64,000 nt of DNA from Dehalococcoidia bacterium (GCA_965197585.1 OZ240215.1:2816001-2880000), one strand, 5' to 3'. Shown: positions 1 to 11,663, counted from the stretch's first letter. The notes: generated from the sequence alone by a model not told the origin. Translations and numbers: made by a program.

Positions 1-408
1 GACTACAGAGTTCGGATTAGCCCCGACGGCTTGGAATCTGACGGTGAATGGTTCAGCGTTTGGATTACGAATCTTGGCGCGGGTGATACAACTTGGATCG
101 GATCTCTGAAATTTCCCCTGCTCAATGGCACTGCCGCTATGAAACCCAATTCTCTGGCAACTGTTGAGGTATATGGAATTGGACCTATCCGGCCCATAGA
201 CATTCCCCAGTGGCATGTGAGCGTAAAGAGGCCGTTGGGTGATAACGAACTAGCCTCGAGAGGTCTTGTTAGTTATCCATGGGACAAATCTGAGAACGCA
301 CTGTTCAATTCGAATCTCTGGTACGATCACTCAGAAGACCGGGCGCACCTGCTTGTGGGAGGGACCACAGAACGCAAGACTAGTCAAGAATGGATATTCT
401 TCGAGTAA
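1..408 (+). CDS. hypothetical protein, 5'-truncated by the window edge
   Basis: Frame 1 is open from base 1 to TAA at 406-408; lower GC than neighbours; no recognised motif. Confidence 0.6.
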   Translation, partial: DYRVRISPDGLESDGEWFSVWITNLGAGDTTWIGSLKFPLLNGTAAMKPNSLATVEVYGIGPIRPIDIPQWHVSVKRPLGDNELASRGLVSYPWDKSENALFNSNLWYDHSEDRAHLLVGGTTERKTSQEWIFFE

Positions 409-454
409 ATTCCGGGTGGCTACCTAAAAGCGGAGCAACGTGCGGGATGTGATT

Positions 455-492
455 GGCAAGTCCTAGATCCCTCGCGGGGCCTCGGGATGACA
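455..492. repeat. REP-like family A (agatccctcgcggggcctcgggatgaca)
   Basis: Copies at 455-492, 16079-16106 and 24301-24338; variants at 27519-27546, 55621-55645, 56041-56065 and 58581-58608; all intergenic. Confidence 0.85.
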
Positions 493-530
493 AGATGACA
501 GGGAGGCGAGTGCGACCACTAGGGTCGCCT

Positions 531-1358
531 CTACGGGGGAAGGGAGGCGAAACGGCCTTCTGATAGGAGGGTTTCGAGGAGGAGGGCGAGGCCTTGTTCG
601 GAGGCGGGGAGGGTTATGTGGTCGGCGGAGGACTTGACCTTCTCGGAGGCGTTGCCCATCGCCACCCCGAGACCCGCCCATTCGATCATGTCGATGTCGT
701 TGGGGCTGTCCCCGACGGCGACGACTTCCTCTCTTTTCACGCCTAGGGACGAGGCCAAATGGCTGAGGGCCGCGCTCTTGCTCCCGTCAGGGTGGCCGAT
801 TTCGCAGAGGTGATCGTAGGTGTGCATGGCGGCCAAGGCGCCGTTGAAGTGGGCATCCACCACGGCCGGAACGTCACTTATGGGCCCTGCATCTCCGGTG
901 ACGACTATCTTGGTCGGAGGAGACTGGACGTTTCGGACGAGGTCTGAGACGGGGTCGGCTTCGATTTTCAGGACTTTTTCGTACTGGCTCACGGTCTCGG
1001 TCATTTCACGCACATAGAAACGGTCTCGCACAAAGACGTAGGGGTTGAGGCCTCGGTCTTCTAGAAGGCGAATGAGCCCGTGCGCGAGGTGTAGAGGGAT
1101 GGGGGTCTCGCGGACAATCTCGTGGGTTACGGGGTCGGAGGTGAAAGCCCCCTGGTAGCAGATTATGGGCAGGGTGATGCCCAGGGCCCGGCTGAAGGGA
1201 AGTGAGGAGTTGTACATGCGGCCTGTGGCGAGGGTGACCCCAGCCCCGGTTTCCAGGACCCGGGCGACGGCCTGTTTGGTCCGCTCGGTCAGGGGGGTGT
1301 CGGTCTGGCGGTCGTGGAGGGTGCCGTCGATGTCTAAGGCGAGGAGTCTGTAAGTCAT
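531..1358 (-). CDS. Cof-type HAD-IIB family hydrolase
   Basis: ALDIDGTL motif I, ATGR motif II, VGDSPNDIDMI motif IV, GVAMGNA. Confidence 0.93.
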   Translation of the reverse strand: MTYRLLALDIDGTLHDRQTDTPLTERTKQAVARVLETGAGVTLATGRMYNSSLPFSRALGITLPIICYQGAFTSDPVTHEIVRETPIPLHLAHGLIRLLEDRGLNPYVFVRDRFYVREMTETVSQYEKVLKIEADPVSDLVRNVQSPPTKIVVTGDAGPISDVPAVVDAHFNGALAAMHTYDHLCEIGHPDGSKSAALSHLASSLGVKREEVVAVGDSPNDIDMIEWAGLGVAMGNASEKVKSSADHITLPASEQGLALLLETLLSEGRFASLPP

Positions 1359-2365
1359 TGGGATGACAGGAACCTCGCAAGCTCGTCGATGGGGAAGTCG
1401 GGCATCTCTCGTTCTCCCTCGGGGGTGATCATCACGAAGCCCTGTTCAGGGGGCGTCACGACACCGATTTGAGTAACGGGGATCGCAGCACGCTCCAGGC
1501 CGGCGGTTACGGCGGCGACATGCTCGGGAGCCAGGGTCAATACCAGGGCCCCTGAGGCTAGGAGGCCAAGGGGGTCGAGGTCCAGGCTTTTGCAGAAGGC
1601 GCTGGTCTCGGGGAGGATGGGGATAGCGTCGAGGTTGATCCTGACGCCCGCGCCCGCGGCCCAGCCGATCTCTCGGAGGCCCGTGACCAAGCCACCCTCG
1701 GTAGGGTCGTGCATGGAGTGTATCTTTCCCGCGGCCCGGGCCATGCGCGCATCTTTCAGGACGCTTATGCCGGGGTCGTAGAGGAAGCCTCGGGCCGTCT
1801 CAATAGCAGAGCCAGGGACTCCTTTAGCGGCTAGGACGGAAGCTGACTCCCGGGCCAGGACGGCCGACCCTTCAATAGCAATGGCCTTGGTAAGGAGAAT
1901 TGCGTCGCCGATCTGGGCGGCGGAGGTGGGGGTAAGGTCGGATGGGTGTGCCTCGCCGAGCATTGCGCCCATGACTATGGGCCTGCGGATGTCATAGGTG
2001 ACCTCGGTGTGGCCGCCGATCAGGGAGACCCCGATGTCTTTGCAGGCATCGGCGATCTGGCGGAAGGCCTTCTCGATTTGGGACTCGGGCATGTTCTCGG
2101 GGACGAGGAGGGTGGCAAGGAACCAGCGGGGCTCGGCGCCCGTGGCGGCGATGTCATTGGCATTGACGTGGACGGAGTACCAGCCTATCTCGTCAGAGGC
2201 GAATGTGATGGGGTCGGTCTTGGCGACCAGGACTCGGTCGTCAGACATGGAGATGACTGCTGCGTCCTCACCGATGCCCGGGCCGATGAGGACACGGGGG
2301 TCGGAGATTGGGGCGTCGGAGAGGAGTCGGTGAAGGAGGTCTGGGGGGAGTTTACCTACTTGCAT
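1355..2365 (-). CDS. AIR synthase-related (PurM/HypE-like) protein
   Basis: GKLPP N-terminus, GIGEDAAV, KTDPIT, NANDIA, GGHTE, MHDPTEGGL. Confidence 0.85.
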   Translation of the reverse strand: MQVGKLPPDLLHRLLSDAPISDPRVLIGPGIGEDAAVISMSDDRVLVAKTDPITFASDEIGWYSVHVNANDIAATGAEPRWFLATLLVPENMPESQIEKAFRQIADACKDIGVSLIGGHTEVTYDIRRPIVMGAMLGEAHPSDLTPTSAAQIGDAILLTKAIAIEGSAVLARESASVLAAKGVPGSAIETARGFLYDPGISVLKDARMARAAGKIHSMHDPTEGGLVTGLREIGWAAGAGVRINLDAIPILPETSAFCKSLDLDPLGLLASGALVLTLAPEHVAAVTAGLERAAIPVTQIGVVTPPEQGFVMITPEGEREMPDFPIDELARFLSSQ

Positions 2366-2407
2366 CGGGGGGATGATAACACGGGGGGAGGAGGGCGCTC
2401 CCCCGCC

Positions 2408-2486
2408 CCGCTCATACTTCGATCCGCCTACGGCGGACTTACAGCGGGTTTCCGCCTCAGGCGGATCTTCGACAGCGGGAGCGGCC
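2408..2486. repeat. REP-like family B (cgctc[atac/gaccc]ttcga...ctcag...gagcggcccc), often with nested hairpins
   Basis: Related copies near 20721, 24404, 49726, 49806 (reverse), 49886, 55078, 55712, 56131, 58670, 63202 and 63958. Confidence 0.8.
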
Positions 2487-2531
2487 TCTCCCTCCGGATT
2501 TCCGATCGGAGTTGGGAATTATGGGGAAGGG

Positions 2532-2930
2532 TCAGGTCCTGGCGTCGAGCCTGCTGAGTTGTCCCGACCAGTGGAGGATGCGGTCGTCAGCAGTGACGAG
2601 TTGATGGCCCTCAAGGGCGGTTGCGACAATGATGCGGTCAGCGGGGTCGGCGTGGAGATCGGCAAGCTCAGCGGCGCGGATACCGATGAGGCCAGTGAGC
2701 GGCACTTCCACCATTCCCTGCTCCAATTGGGACAGCCGCCACGAGGCAACATCTTCAGCAAAATGGATGCGTCTCTTCTGTTTGAGCATTGCCACTTCCC
2801 AGAAGGAAATGGCGGAAATGGCAACCTGCCCCACTCTCGATTCACGGTCAATGGTCTGCCGGGACCGGGGGCCTAATCTCCGGTCACCCGCTCTAAGCCA
2901 AAGCATGACCTGTGTATCGAGTAGAATCAC
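2532..2930 (-). CDS. vapC: type II toxin VapC (PIN domain)
   Basis: GTG at 2930 gives (M)ILLDTQVMLW; ISFWEVAML; LHADPADRIIVATA; LVTAD. Confidence 0.9.
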   Translation of the reverse strand: MILLDTQVMLWLRAGDRRLGPRSRQTIDRESRVGQVAISAISFWEVAMLKQKRRIHFAEDVASWRLSQLEQGMVEVPLTGLIGIRAAELADLHADPADRIIVATALEGHQLVTADDRILHWSGQLSRLDART

Positions 2931-2944
2931 GTTGGAATGTCCGG

Positions 2945-3202
2945 CTACTTGCCGTCCAAGAGACCCTGATCGGCTTCCCATTCCACATCCAGGGGAGAGA
3001 CGATGTCGCCGAGTATCTTGATTTTCCCCCTGTCGGCACCGAAGAAAGTGTCGGGCCGCTTGCGGTAGGGGGCGAGCCTCGATACGGGGCGGCCGTTCTT
3101 GGTTATGATGATCTCCTGTCCACTCTCGGCGACCTCGTCCATGAGCTTCAGGCATTTGGCCTTGAACTCAGAGGCCTTTATGGTCCTAACTCCCGTAGCC
3201 AT
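2945..3202 (-). CDS. Phd/YefM family antitoxin
   Basis: IKASEFKAKCLKLMDEV...IIITKNGRPVSRL directly upstream of vapC; start could be 3220. Confidence 0.9.
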   Translation of the reverse strand: MATGVRTIKASEFKAKCLKLMDEVAESGQEIIITKNGRPVSRLAPYRKRPDTFFGADRGKIKILGDIVSPLDVEWEADQGLLDGK

Positions 3203-3356
3203 GCCGTCATTCATGGTCATCGACCCGCTCCCGATTCTAGGATGCTTAAATGATACCATGGTCACGACCATAGTCATATCTCTTTTAAGCAACCCGGGCC
3301 AGTGGAAGAAACGAGAGCTCCGTACGCAAGCCCTTTTGCCAGAGGGTGACAGCAGG

Positions 3357-4085
3357 CTATGGGTGGCCGGTTAGGATGTCCAGGAGGCGGCGGCTTTGGA
3401 AGCGCATGACCCAGATTACGCTGGCGGCGGCGAGGCCGGCGGCAGCGAGTAACAGGGCCAATCCGACGAACTTGATGGGCTCCACCCAACGGTCCATAGC
3501 CTCCAGGGTCCCGAGGGTTGAGAGGAGCGGGTCGCCGGGGGTGGCGGGATTCAGCTCAGCGGCGATGGAGTGGTCCCAGTATCCAGAGGCAATCAAGCCC
3601 TGAACGACACCCAGAACGAGGGCCGCTACCAAAATGGTTAGACCAGCCAATGTGAAGAGGGGGAAGAGTCGGGCGGTGATGGGGGGGCCGGGCAGGATGA
3701 CGGTGACGCCGAGGGACTGCTGCACTGTGGCGCCGGAAACCCGGAGACTGCCAAGGATGATGGTGAAAAGCTGAAGAATGCTCGCCAGGACCAGGCCGAT
3801 CCCCAGAAATTGCAGCTCCGGCAGCCAGGCTCCGACGGATTCGATGAATATCCTCTTTTCCACGATGTCCGTGCCTGAGGCTGCCGCCTCGCGCTCCGCT
3901 GCAGAGAATGCGAAGTAGTCGGCGGCAACCAGGCCGTTGATAACGCCGAGGACAAAGGCGGCGGCGGAGAGTATCAGGCCCATGAACATGAGAGGCGCCC
4001 ACAGGCGGACGGCGAGAGTTTGGGCGCGGGTAAAGCCGACAGCGGGTCGGGCGATGGCTTCGGCGGCGCTTTCGAGGGTGGTCAT
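3357..4085 (-). CDS. hypothetical multi-pass membrane protein
   Basis: About four hydrophobic helices; ATGA overlap with upstream ORF. Confidence 0.75.
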   Translation of the reverse strand: MTTLESAAEAIARPAVGFTRAQTLAVRLWAPLMFMGLILSAAAFVLGVINGLVAADYFAFSAAEREAAASGTDIVEKRIFIESVGAWLPELQFLGIGLVLASILQLFTIILGSLRVSGATVQQSLGVTVILPGPPITARLFPLFTLAGLTILVAALVLGVVQGLIASGYWDHSIAAELNPATPGDPLLSTLGTLEAMDRWVEPIKFVGLALLLAAAGLAAASVIWVMRFQSRRLLDILTGHP

Positions 4086-4534
4086 TGTCGCTCCTTGGCG
4101 TCGGGGGCGGGCCCTCCAGAGGCGGATGTGCCACTTTCAGCCCTGTCCAAGTTTTCCATGCTCCTGAGTGAGGGGAGTATCAGGGCGGATACGGTCATTC
4201 TGAGCCTTACGGCAGCGACCCAGCGCCAGAGGAGAAGGCCTACGCCAACCAGCATCAGGGTGATCCCCTGGTAGGGCAGCAGGGCGAGCCACTCGGCACG
4301 GGAGGCTAGGTCGGCTTGATGGAGGGCTATGGGGTCGGCGGGTGGGGCAGAAGTGCGGGTTTCCAGGGAGGATGAGTTCACGACGCTAGACGTTTCCGAG
4401 GCATCGGCCCAGAAAAAGGCAGCGAGGCCAATGATGACCAGGCCGGCAGCGATTAGAAAGAGGGAGGCGAGGGTCAGGAGGGGGCCTCGGAAGGCCTCCT
4501 TTTCCAGTTTCTCTATGGCGGGTTGGGAGATCAA
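4082..4534 (-). CDS. hypothetical membrane protein
   Basis: Two hydrophobic segments; translationally coupled to 3357-4085. Confidence 0.65.
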   Translation of the reverse strand: MISQPAIEKLEKEAFRGPLLTLASLFLIAAGLVIIGLAAFFWADASETSSVVNSSSLETRTSAPPADPIALHQADLASRAEWLALLPYQGITLMLVGVGLLLWRWVAAVRLRMTVSALILPSLRSMENLDRAESGTSASGGPAPDAKERQ

Positions 4535-4696
4535 AGTGGGTAGCGCGTGCGGAGAGCGGGCCCATGTTCCATCGGGGAATTATAAGGGTGTGGGGAAGGG
4601 GTTACATCTTCTCGCGTTGTGAGTGAATCTTCGCTATACAGGAGGCGCACTTGCAGTCGGCTCTGGGGATGGAATGGCGGAGGGATGGGAGGTGGA

Positions 4697-5425
4697 TCAG
4701 GCGGGGTTGGGTTTGGCGCCCCAGTGGAGGGCGACAATTCCCATGTTCATTCGCCGGTAGCCGACCTGATCGAGGCCGGCGGCTCGGAGGAGGTCGGCGA
4801 GGCCGTTGACGTCGGGGAAGCGGTCTATGGACTCGGAGAGGTAAGAGTAGGATGAGCGGTCGTCGGCTAACACGTGACCGAGCAGGGGGACGAAGCGGCG
4901 TACATAAAAGTTGACAAGGGGTTTGAGGGGCGACCGGCCTTTGACCGGGCTGAGATCGAGGACGGCGACACGACCCCCTGGCCGTACCACGCGAACCATC
5001 TCCGAAATGCACTTCTCCAGGTCCTCGACGTTGCGAAGGGCGAAGCTGGAGACGACGCAGAGGAAGGAATCGTCTGCGAATGGTAGGGCAAGGGCGTCGG
5101 CCTCAAGGAATGAGACAGGACACGCGGCGGAACGCTCCGAGGACTTGCGGGAGGCGACCTTGAGCATTGCCCGGGACAGGTCTACAGCGACGACGGAAGT
5201 GACGTTGGCCTGTTCTCCGAGGGTGAAGGCGAGGTCGCCAGTACCGGTGGCAACGTCGAGGCCTGGGCCTTGGCCCTGTGCCTCACTTGCAGCGATGGCG
5301 GTGGCCCTCTTCCAGCAGCGATGCCTTCCCAGGGTGATTATGGTGTTGAGGATGTCGTAGCGGCGGGCGAGGCGGGAGAACATCCTCTCAACGTCTCGGG
5401 CGGGGGGACCTTTGGGTGTAGGCAT
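4697..5425 (-). CDS. ubiE: UbiE/MenG family quinone biosynthesis methyltransferase
   Basis: MFSRLARRYDILN, LDVATGTGD SAM motif, LPFADDSF, ALRNVED, YSYLSESI; likely ATG at 5425. Confidence 0.88.
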   Translation of the reverse strand: MPTPKGPPARDVERMFSRLARRYDILNTIITLGRHRCWKRATAIAASEAQGQGPGLDVATGTGDLAFTLGEQANVTSVVAVDLSRAMLKVASRKSSERSAACPVSFLEADALALPFADDSFLCVVSSFALRNVEDLEKCISEMVRVVRPGGRVAVLDLSPVKGRSPLKPLVNFYVRRFVPLLGHVLADDRSSYSYLSESIDRFPDVNGLADLLRAAGLDQVGYRRMNMGIVALHWGAKPNPA

Positions 5426-5430
5426 GGTGT

Positions 5431-6039
5431 CTATGGGGACGGTAGGGGAAGGATGATCTGTATTTCGTCGGGGGGGCCGGCGGCTTCGTAGGTGTCCTGG
5501 AGCCAGCACAGGCCAACGTAGGCTGCGGTCACGGCATCAAGCTCATCATGGACACGCTTGGGCTTGTCATCGGTGAACCGGATGCCGAGTCTAAGGAGCC
5601 CTTCGAGCAGAGCATCTTCTCCACGCTGCTTTCTCGGGAGACCTAGCCTGTCCTGGGCCGCGCCGGGGTATACCTCGATCACCTTGACGCCCATGGACTC
5701 CAGGGTCTCCCGGAGTCGAATAGACCGCAGCGTAAGGTTCACCATGGAGGGAAGCAGAGTCCAGAAGGGGTGGTAGCCCATGCGGGAGACGGCCCTATCT
5801 GCGGAGCGGACGATGCCGTGGACAGCGCAGGCACAAGATGGGTCGGCACAGCAGCGGCCCTTGGGGAGGGAGAGGGGCGCGTCGATGGCGACGACGTCAG
5901 GCTGGGTCTCGCGGATTGCCTGGAGGATGTCGGCGTCGGTCCTCACGATCCGGGACTCCGCGGCAAGGCTCTCATCGATGATGGCCAGACCGGACCTCTT
6001 TCGCTCGGAGCCGCTGGGATCGAGGCCGAGGGAGATCAA
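5431..6039 (-). CDS. DUF429-type RNase H-fold predicted nuclease
   Basis: GLDPSG, VAIDAPLSLP, IEVYPGAA, DELDAV. Confidence 0.82.
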   Translation of the reverse strand: MISLGLDPSGSERKRSGLAIIDESLAAESRIVRTDADILQAIRETQPDVVAIDAPLSLPKGRCCADPSCACAVHGIVRSADRAVSRMGYHPFWTLLPSMVNLTLRSIRLRETLESMGVKVIEVYPGAAQDRLGLPRKQRGEDALLEGLLRLGIRFTDDKPKRVHDELDAVTAAYVGLCWLQDTYEAAGPPDEIQIILPLPSP

Positions 6040-6788
6040 AGGCGGCCTCGGGTGGTGGGAGTCTGCCTGTCGCTGGACGCTCGCACATAAAGGTCAGTAA
6101 GTGAAAGATGCTGAGGTCTTTTCATACCATCTTCCATTAGTGTGTTTCGAAGTCATTGTACTTGGAAGCGGTACCCATCTCTATAATGGCATAAGATTCA
6201 AAAAGCGCCTGCTCTAGTTGGTTGGTAATTGATACTGACCGAAAGGTCATGGTGCGCACTCTTTCCCGCTGTCGGCGGTACTCCTCTATGTTAGCTTTTT
6301 CGATATCTTCTGCCTTACCTTTTGGGTGGTTTAGCACTTCTCTCAACAATTTGAAGGCGAAAGTAGCTGAATAACGGTCCGAACTGTCCGCTCCATGTTC
6401 CCGGATACGTCTCCGCATGTTGTTAGATCGGCCCACGTAGATCGGCTCGCCATTTTCATATAAAACGTATATGCCTTCCTGAGGGGCTTCAAGATAGGAT
6501 TGACAACTCAACTCTTCGCTCTCTTTGAGCTTTTTCATGAGCGGCTTCATCTTATCGATGGCCTTCCAAAAGACCGTGTCCATATAACGTGTAGCCTTCA
6601 GTCGTGTTGTATTGCCTATCTCGGCTAAATTGGTGTAGTTGCCTCTTATCCAACGGCCCCATCTGCGGCATACAAGCGAAATAGCCAGCCGATAGCGCGC
6701 GGGCTCTCATCGATAATGGCCAGACCGGACCTTTTGCGCTCGGAGCCGCTAGGGTCAAGGCCGAGGGAGATCAAAGGCGGCCTCGGGT
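5967..6788. repeat. 87-bp imperfect direct repeat (5967-6053 / 6702-6788) of the DUF429 5' end, flanking a GIY-YIG gene
   Basis: Both copies encode MISLGLDPSGSERKRSGLAIIDES; six synonymous differences. Confidence 0.9.
6137..6583 (-). CDS. GIY-YIG nuclease family protein
   Basis: GIYVLYENGEPIYVGRS..MRRRIREH, E and N downstream; low GC. Confidence 0.85.
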   Translation of the reverse strand: MDTVFWKAIDKMKPLMKKLKESEELSCQSYLEAPQEGIYVLYENGEPIYVGRSNNMRRRIREHGADSSDRYSATFAFKLLREVLNHPKGKAEDIEKANIEEYRRQRERVRTMTFRSVSITNQLEQALFESYAIIEMGTASKYNDFETH

Positions 6789-6828
6789 TGCGGGGCCGTC
6801 CCTATATTGAGTGCTCGGGGCTCGAGGG

Positions 6829-8586
<1,758 letters not shown>

Positions 8587-8680
8587 CTCCCTGGGGGCGC
8601 GGGTTTGGGGCCTGCGCGGATTCTACACAGCCCAGAATCTAATGCAAGGGGTCGGGAGTAGTCAACGCGGGGGCGGGGGG

Positions 8681-9157
8681 TTAGTCGGGAGGGAACATAC
8701 GCATGAGCTCATCGAGAACTTCATGCATTACGGGGAACTCGGCGCGTGTCAGGGCACTGAAGGATACCTGGTCACCAGTGACGGGGTCGAAGACGTGGCG
8801 ATGATAGATGTCGGGTTCGTCGGCGTGCATGTTGTCGTAGCGGAGGACATTTTCTCCCCTGGGGAAATGGGCGTTGTAGCGAAAGCGAAACATGCGAACT
8901 CTATAGGCCTGCGTTCTGTCCACATCCCCTTCCTTGGTCATCTCGAGCACGAGACCGTTGGTGCAAAGGACAAGCCCCTCCAGTCTGATAGCGTCAAACT
9001 GAGAAAAGGGAAGGGAGGTGTAGTGGAACGTTAAGTCCCAGCCGTTGGGCAGAACGAATGGGTGAGCGTCGAGATGCTTTTCGTGAAGGAAGCGGTAGTT
9101 GTCTAAGGAGTTCCAGTTGTGGGGGTCTCTCCGAGGAGATGCTTCAAGCTCAGCCAT
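8681..9157 (-). CDS. DUF6516/TumE-like putative toxin
   Basis: YNAH...VLRYDNMH...YHRHVFD pattern; downstream of a small antitoxin-like ORF. Confidence 0.6.
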   Translation of the reverse strand: MAELEASPRRDPHNWNSLDNYRFLHEKHLDAHPFVLPNGWDLTFHYTSLPFSQFDAIRLEGLVLCTNGLVLEMTKEGDVDRTQAYRVRMFRFRYNAHFPRGENVLRYDNMHADEPDIYHRHVFDPVTGDQVSFSALTRAEFPVMHEVLDELMRMFPPD

Positions 9158-9456
9158 TCAAAAGCCCACTTCGAGATATCGTTAGTCTCGCGGATAATGC
9201 CGGCCTGGAGGCAAGTCATCATGACTTCCGAAGACATTTCGTATCGGCGTTCGTAGACCCTGATTTTGCGGCGAATACGGCGTTCGAGTCGAGGTCCGTT
9301 TTCGGCAGCATTTGCCAGAAGGATACAGTTTTTCTCCCGTACCTCGGCCATTAGCTCCTCGTCCGTCATTTTGCGGGCTGGCTTGCGTTCGGCGGAGGTT
9401 ACCATTACCGGCTCCTTCAAAAAGTGGGCTGTGGATGGCACGGTGTGTACGGGCAT
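9103..9456 (-). CDS. putative antitoxin (TumA-like)
   Basis: IRVYERRYEMSS..M...ETNDISKW pattern; overlaps the toxin ORF. Confidence 0.55.
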   Translation of the reverse strand: MPVHTVPSTAHFLKEPVMVTSAERKPARKMTDEELMAEVREKNCILLANAAENGPRLERRIRRKIRVYERRYEMSSEVMMTCLQAGIIRETNDISKWAFEWLSLKHLLGETPTTGTP

Positions 9457-9483
9457 TATACACGGGCCGCTGTGTGCATATGC

Positions 9484-10905
9484 CTACACGTCCGCCAAAA
9501 ATTCGTTGTAGTCTACGAGCTTGCGGTAGGCGTTGGCGCTGCGGTGGAAGGTCGGGAAGGAGGGTATGCCCCGAGTCATGAGCTCTTCCCTAAGCCTGAT
9601 CGCCTCGACTTCCTGGTCGACGGGGCAGACGGTGGTGAAGTAGGGCTTCTTGGTCCGATCTCGGTGGTTGGCGAGAATGTTGATCAGGTTCTCGACGTAG
9701 CCCTCGCCCATCGCTTCACGGCGGTCGAGGAGAGAGGTGGTTAGCTCGGTGGTGATGGCGTCGACGAGGGGGTCTCTTTCGAGGATGTCGAGGATGCGGA
9801 CGAGGACCGTCAGGTCGGGGAGGTTGGAGCTGATGTCCAGGGGATTGCGGTAGCTGGCGCCGATGATGGTGAAGAAGGAGGAAAGCTCCTCGTAGCTGGG
9901 CTCGCTGAGGGGGCCGATGGTGAAGCCCTGCTTGGCGAAGGCGTCGGCGGCTGCGACGGACTGGCCGCCGGTGAGGGCCATGATGCCCATGCGCTCGCCG
10001 GTGGACGGGGCAATGTACAGGAGACCCTTGAGCACGTCGACGATCTCTTCGAGGCTGTTGACGCTGATGGCGCCGGCCTGCCGGACAAGAGACTCCCAGA
10101 CGGTGTTCTCGGTGGCGAGGGAGGCGGTGTGGGAGGAGACGGCCCGGGCCCCGTCCGCAGTCTGGCCGCCCTTCCAGATGACGACGGGCTTCCGCTTGCA
10201 TACGTCCTTGAGAACTTCGAAGAAGCGTCGGCCGTCCTTGACGCCTTCGACGTACATGCCGACCATCTTGGTCTCGGGGTCCTGGCCGAGGTATTCGAGG
10301 TAGTCAGGGACGTCGAGGACGATGGCGTTGCCAAGACTCACCAGCTTGCTGACCTTCACCCCGTGCGCCCCCCCGAGCAGGCTGAAGTACATGCTCTGGG
10401 TGCCGCTCTGGCCTATGAAGCCGACGGGTCCTGCCTCGCCGGCGTACTGCTGGGTCGTAAAACGGACGCCGCAGCCGGGGATGAACAGGCCCATGCAGTT
10501 GGGCCCGACCAGCATGAAGTTAGCCTCGCGAGCCATCTCGGAGAGCTGGTTCTGCAGGGCGATGCCCTCCTCCTCGGCGGTCTCTGCGAAGCCGGAGGTG
10601 AAGAATGTCGCGCCTCCGACGCCCTTGTCGATGCACTGCTGGAGGACCATGGGGGCGAACCTGCGGGGGACGGAGACGATGACGAAGTCGATATCGCCGG
10701 GGACGTCCATGAGGCTCTTGAAGTTCTGATACCCCAGCGCCTCGATGTTGGGGATCTCCCTCTCGTCGATCTGGACGGAATAGACGGGGCCCTTGAAGGT
10801 GCTCATGGAGTTGAGCCAGGAGTAGCCGAGGGCCTGCTTGTCTCCGATGACGACGGCGGACTTGGGGTTGAAGAGCCGGTCGAACTTGGCGACGTCGATG
10901 GTCAT
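9484..10905 (-). CDS. acyl-CoA synthetase (NDP-forming) alpha subunit / CoA-binding protein
   Basis: LFNPKS, GPNCMG, QSG, SLGNA, phospho-His SHTASLA, NPLDI. Confidence 0.9.
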   Translation of the reverse strand: MTIDVAKFDRLFNPKSAVVIGDKQALGYSWLNSMSTFKGPVYSVQIDEREIPNIEALGYQNFKSLMDVPGDIDFVIVSVPRRFAPMVLQQCIDKGVGGATFFTSGFAETAEEEGIALQNQLSEMAREANFMLVGPNCMGLFIPGCGVRFTTQQYAGEAGPVGFIGQSGTQSMYFSLLGGAHGVKVSKLVSLGNAIVLDVPDYLEYLGQDPETKMVGMYVEGVKDGRRFFEVLKDVCKRKPVVIWKGGQTADGARAVSSHTASLATENTVWESLVRQAGAISVNSLEEIVDVLKGLLYIAPSTGERMGIMALTGGQSVAAADAFAKQGFTIGPLSEPSYEELSSFFTIIGASYRNPLDISSNLPDLTVLVRILDILERDPLVDAITTELTTSLLDRREAMGEGYVENLINILANHRDRTKKPYFTTVCPVDQEVEAIRLREELMTRGIPSFPTFHRSANAYRKLVDYNEFLADV

Positions 10906-11630
10906 TATCCGGCCTTCTCTTCGAGGATAATTCGTGCATCGACAGCGGTGAGGCCGTCCTTGTAGGCGAAGATGGGGTTGAGGTCGATCTCCTTAATCTC
11001 GTCGTGCTGCTGAACGAACTCGGAGAGCTTGAGGAGGGTGTCTTCGAGCTTCTCGATATCGGCGGGCTCCTGGCCTCGGTAACCGTTGAGGACTGGGAAG
11101 CCCTTGATTTCGTGGATCATGCTGCGGGCGTCCCGGCGGGTGAGGGGGACGATGCGGAAGGCGACGTCCTTGAGGATTTCGACCATGATGCCGCCGAGGC
11201 CGAACATGAGGACGGGCCCGAACTGGGAGTCCTTGGACATGCCGATGATGACCTCCGTGCCGGGGCGGGCCATGCCCTGTACGGATACGCCTTCGATGAC
11301 GGCGCCGGGCTGGTTGGCGTTAATGGAGGCGACGATGTCGTCGTAGGCCGCGGCGGTCTCGGCGGCGTCCTTGAGGCCGAGCTTCACACCGCCCATGTCG
11401 CTCTTGTGAACGACGTCTGGGGAGATAACCTTGAGTACGACGGGATAGCCGATGCTCCCGGCCTGATCGACGGCCTCTTCCTTAGAGGTGGCGAGGGTGG
11501 CCTGGGTAGTCTCGATGCCGGCGTCGCGAAGCACCTGCTTGGACTCGACTTCGTTGAGGAAAATGCGGCCTGCGTCACGGGCCTGGTGCAGAGTCTGGTT
11601 CTCCTCTGGCGAATGTTCCACTCTGGTCAT
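10905..11630 (-). CDS. acyl-CoA synthetase (NDP-forming) beta subunit, ATP-grasp
   Basis: GYPVVLKVISPDVVHKSDMGGV, FGPVLMFGLGG, EIDLNP, VDARI. Confidence 0.9.
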   Translation of the reverse strand: MTRVEHSPEENQTLHQARDAGRIFLNEVESKQVLRDAGIETTQATLATSKEEAVDQAGSIGYPVVLKVISPDVVHKSDMGGVKLGLKDAAETAAAYDDIVASINANQPGAVIEGVSVQGMARPGTEVIIGMSKDSQFGPVLMFGLGGIMVEILKDVAFRIVPLTRRDARSMIHEIKGFPVLNGYRGQEPADIEKLEDTLLKLSEFVQQHDEIKEIDLNPIFAYKDGLTAVDARIILEEKAG

Positions 11631-11663
11631 GGGGGTGTCCTCCTAAGGCTATGCCGTCGGAGA

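Noticed and set aside
1355-2365. hypE of a hydrogenase maturation operon
   Set aside because: Lacks the C-terminal PRIC motif; no hyp or hydrogenase neighbours
2931-3155. N-terminal extension of the 207-aa VapC ORF
   Set aside because: Overlaps the antitoxin in another frame; the PIN domain starts at GTG 2930
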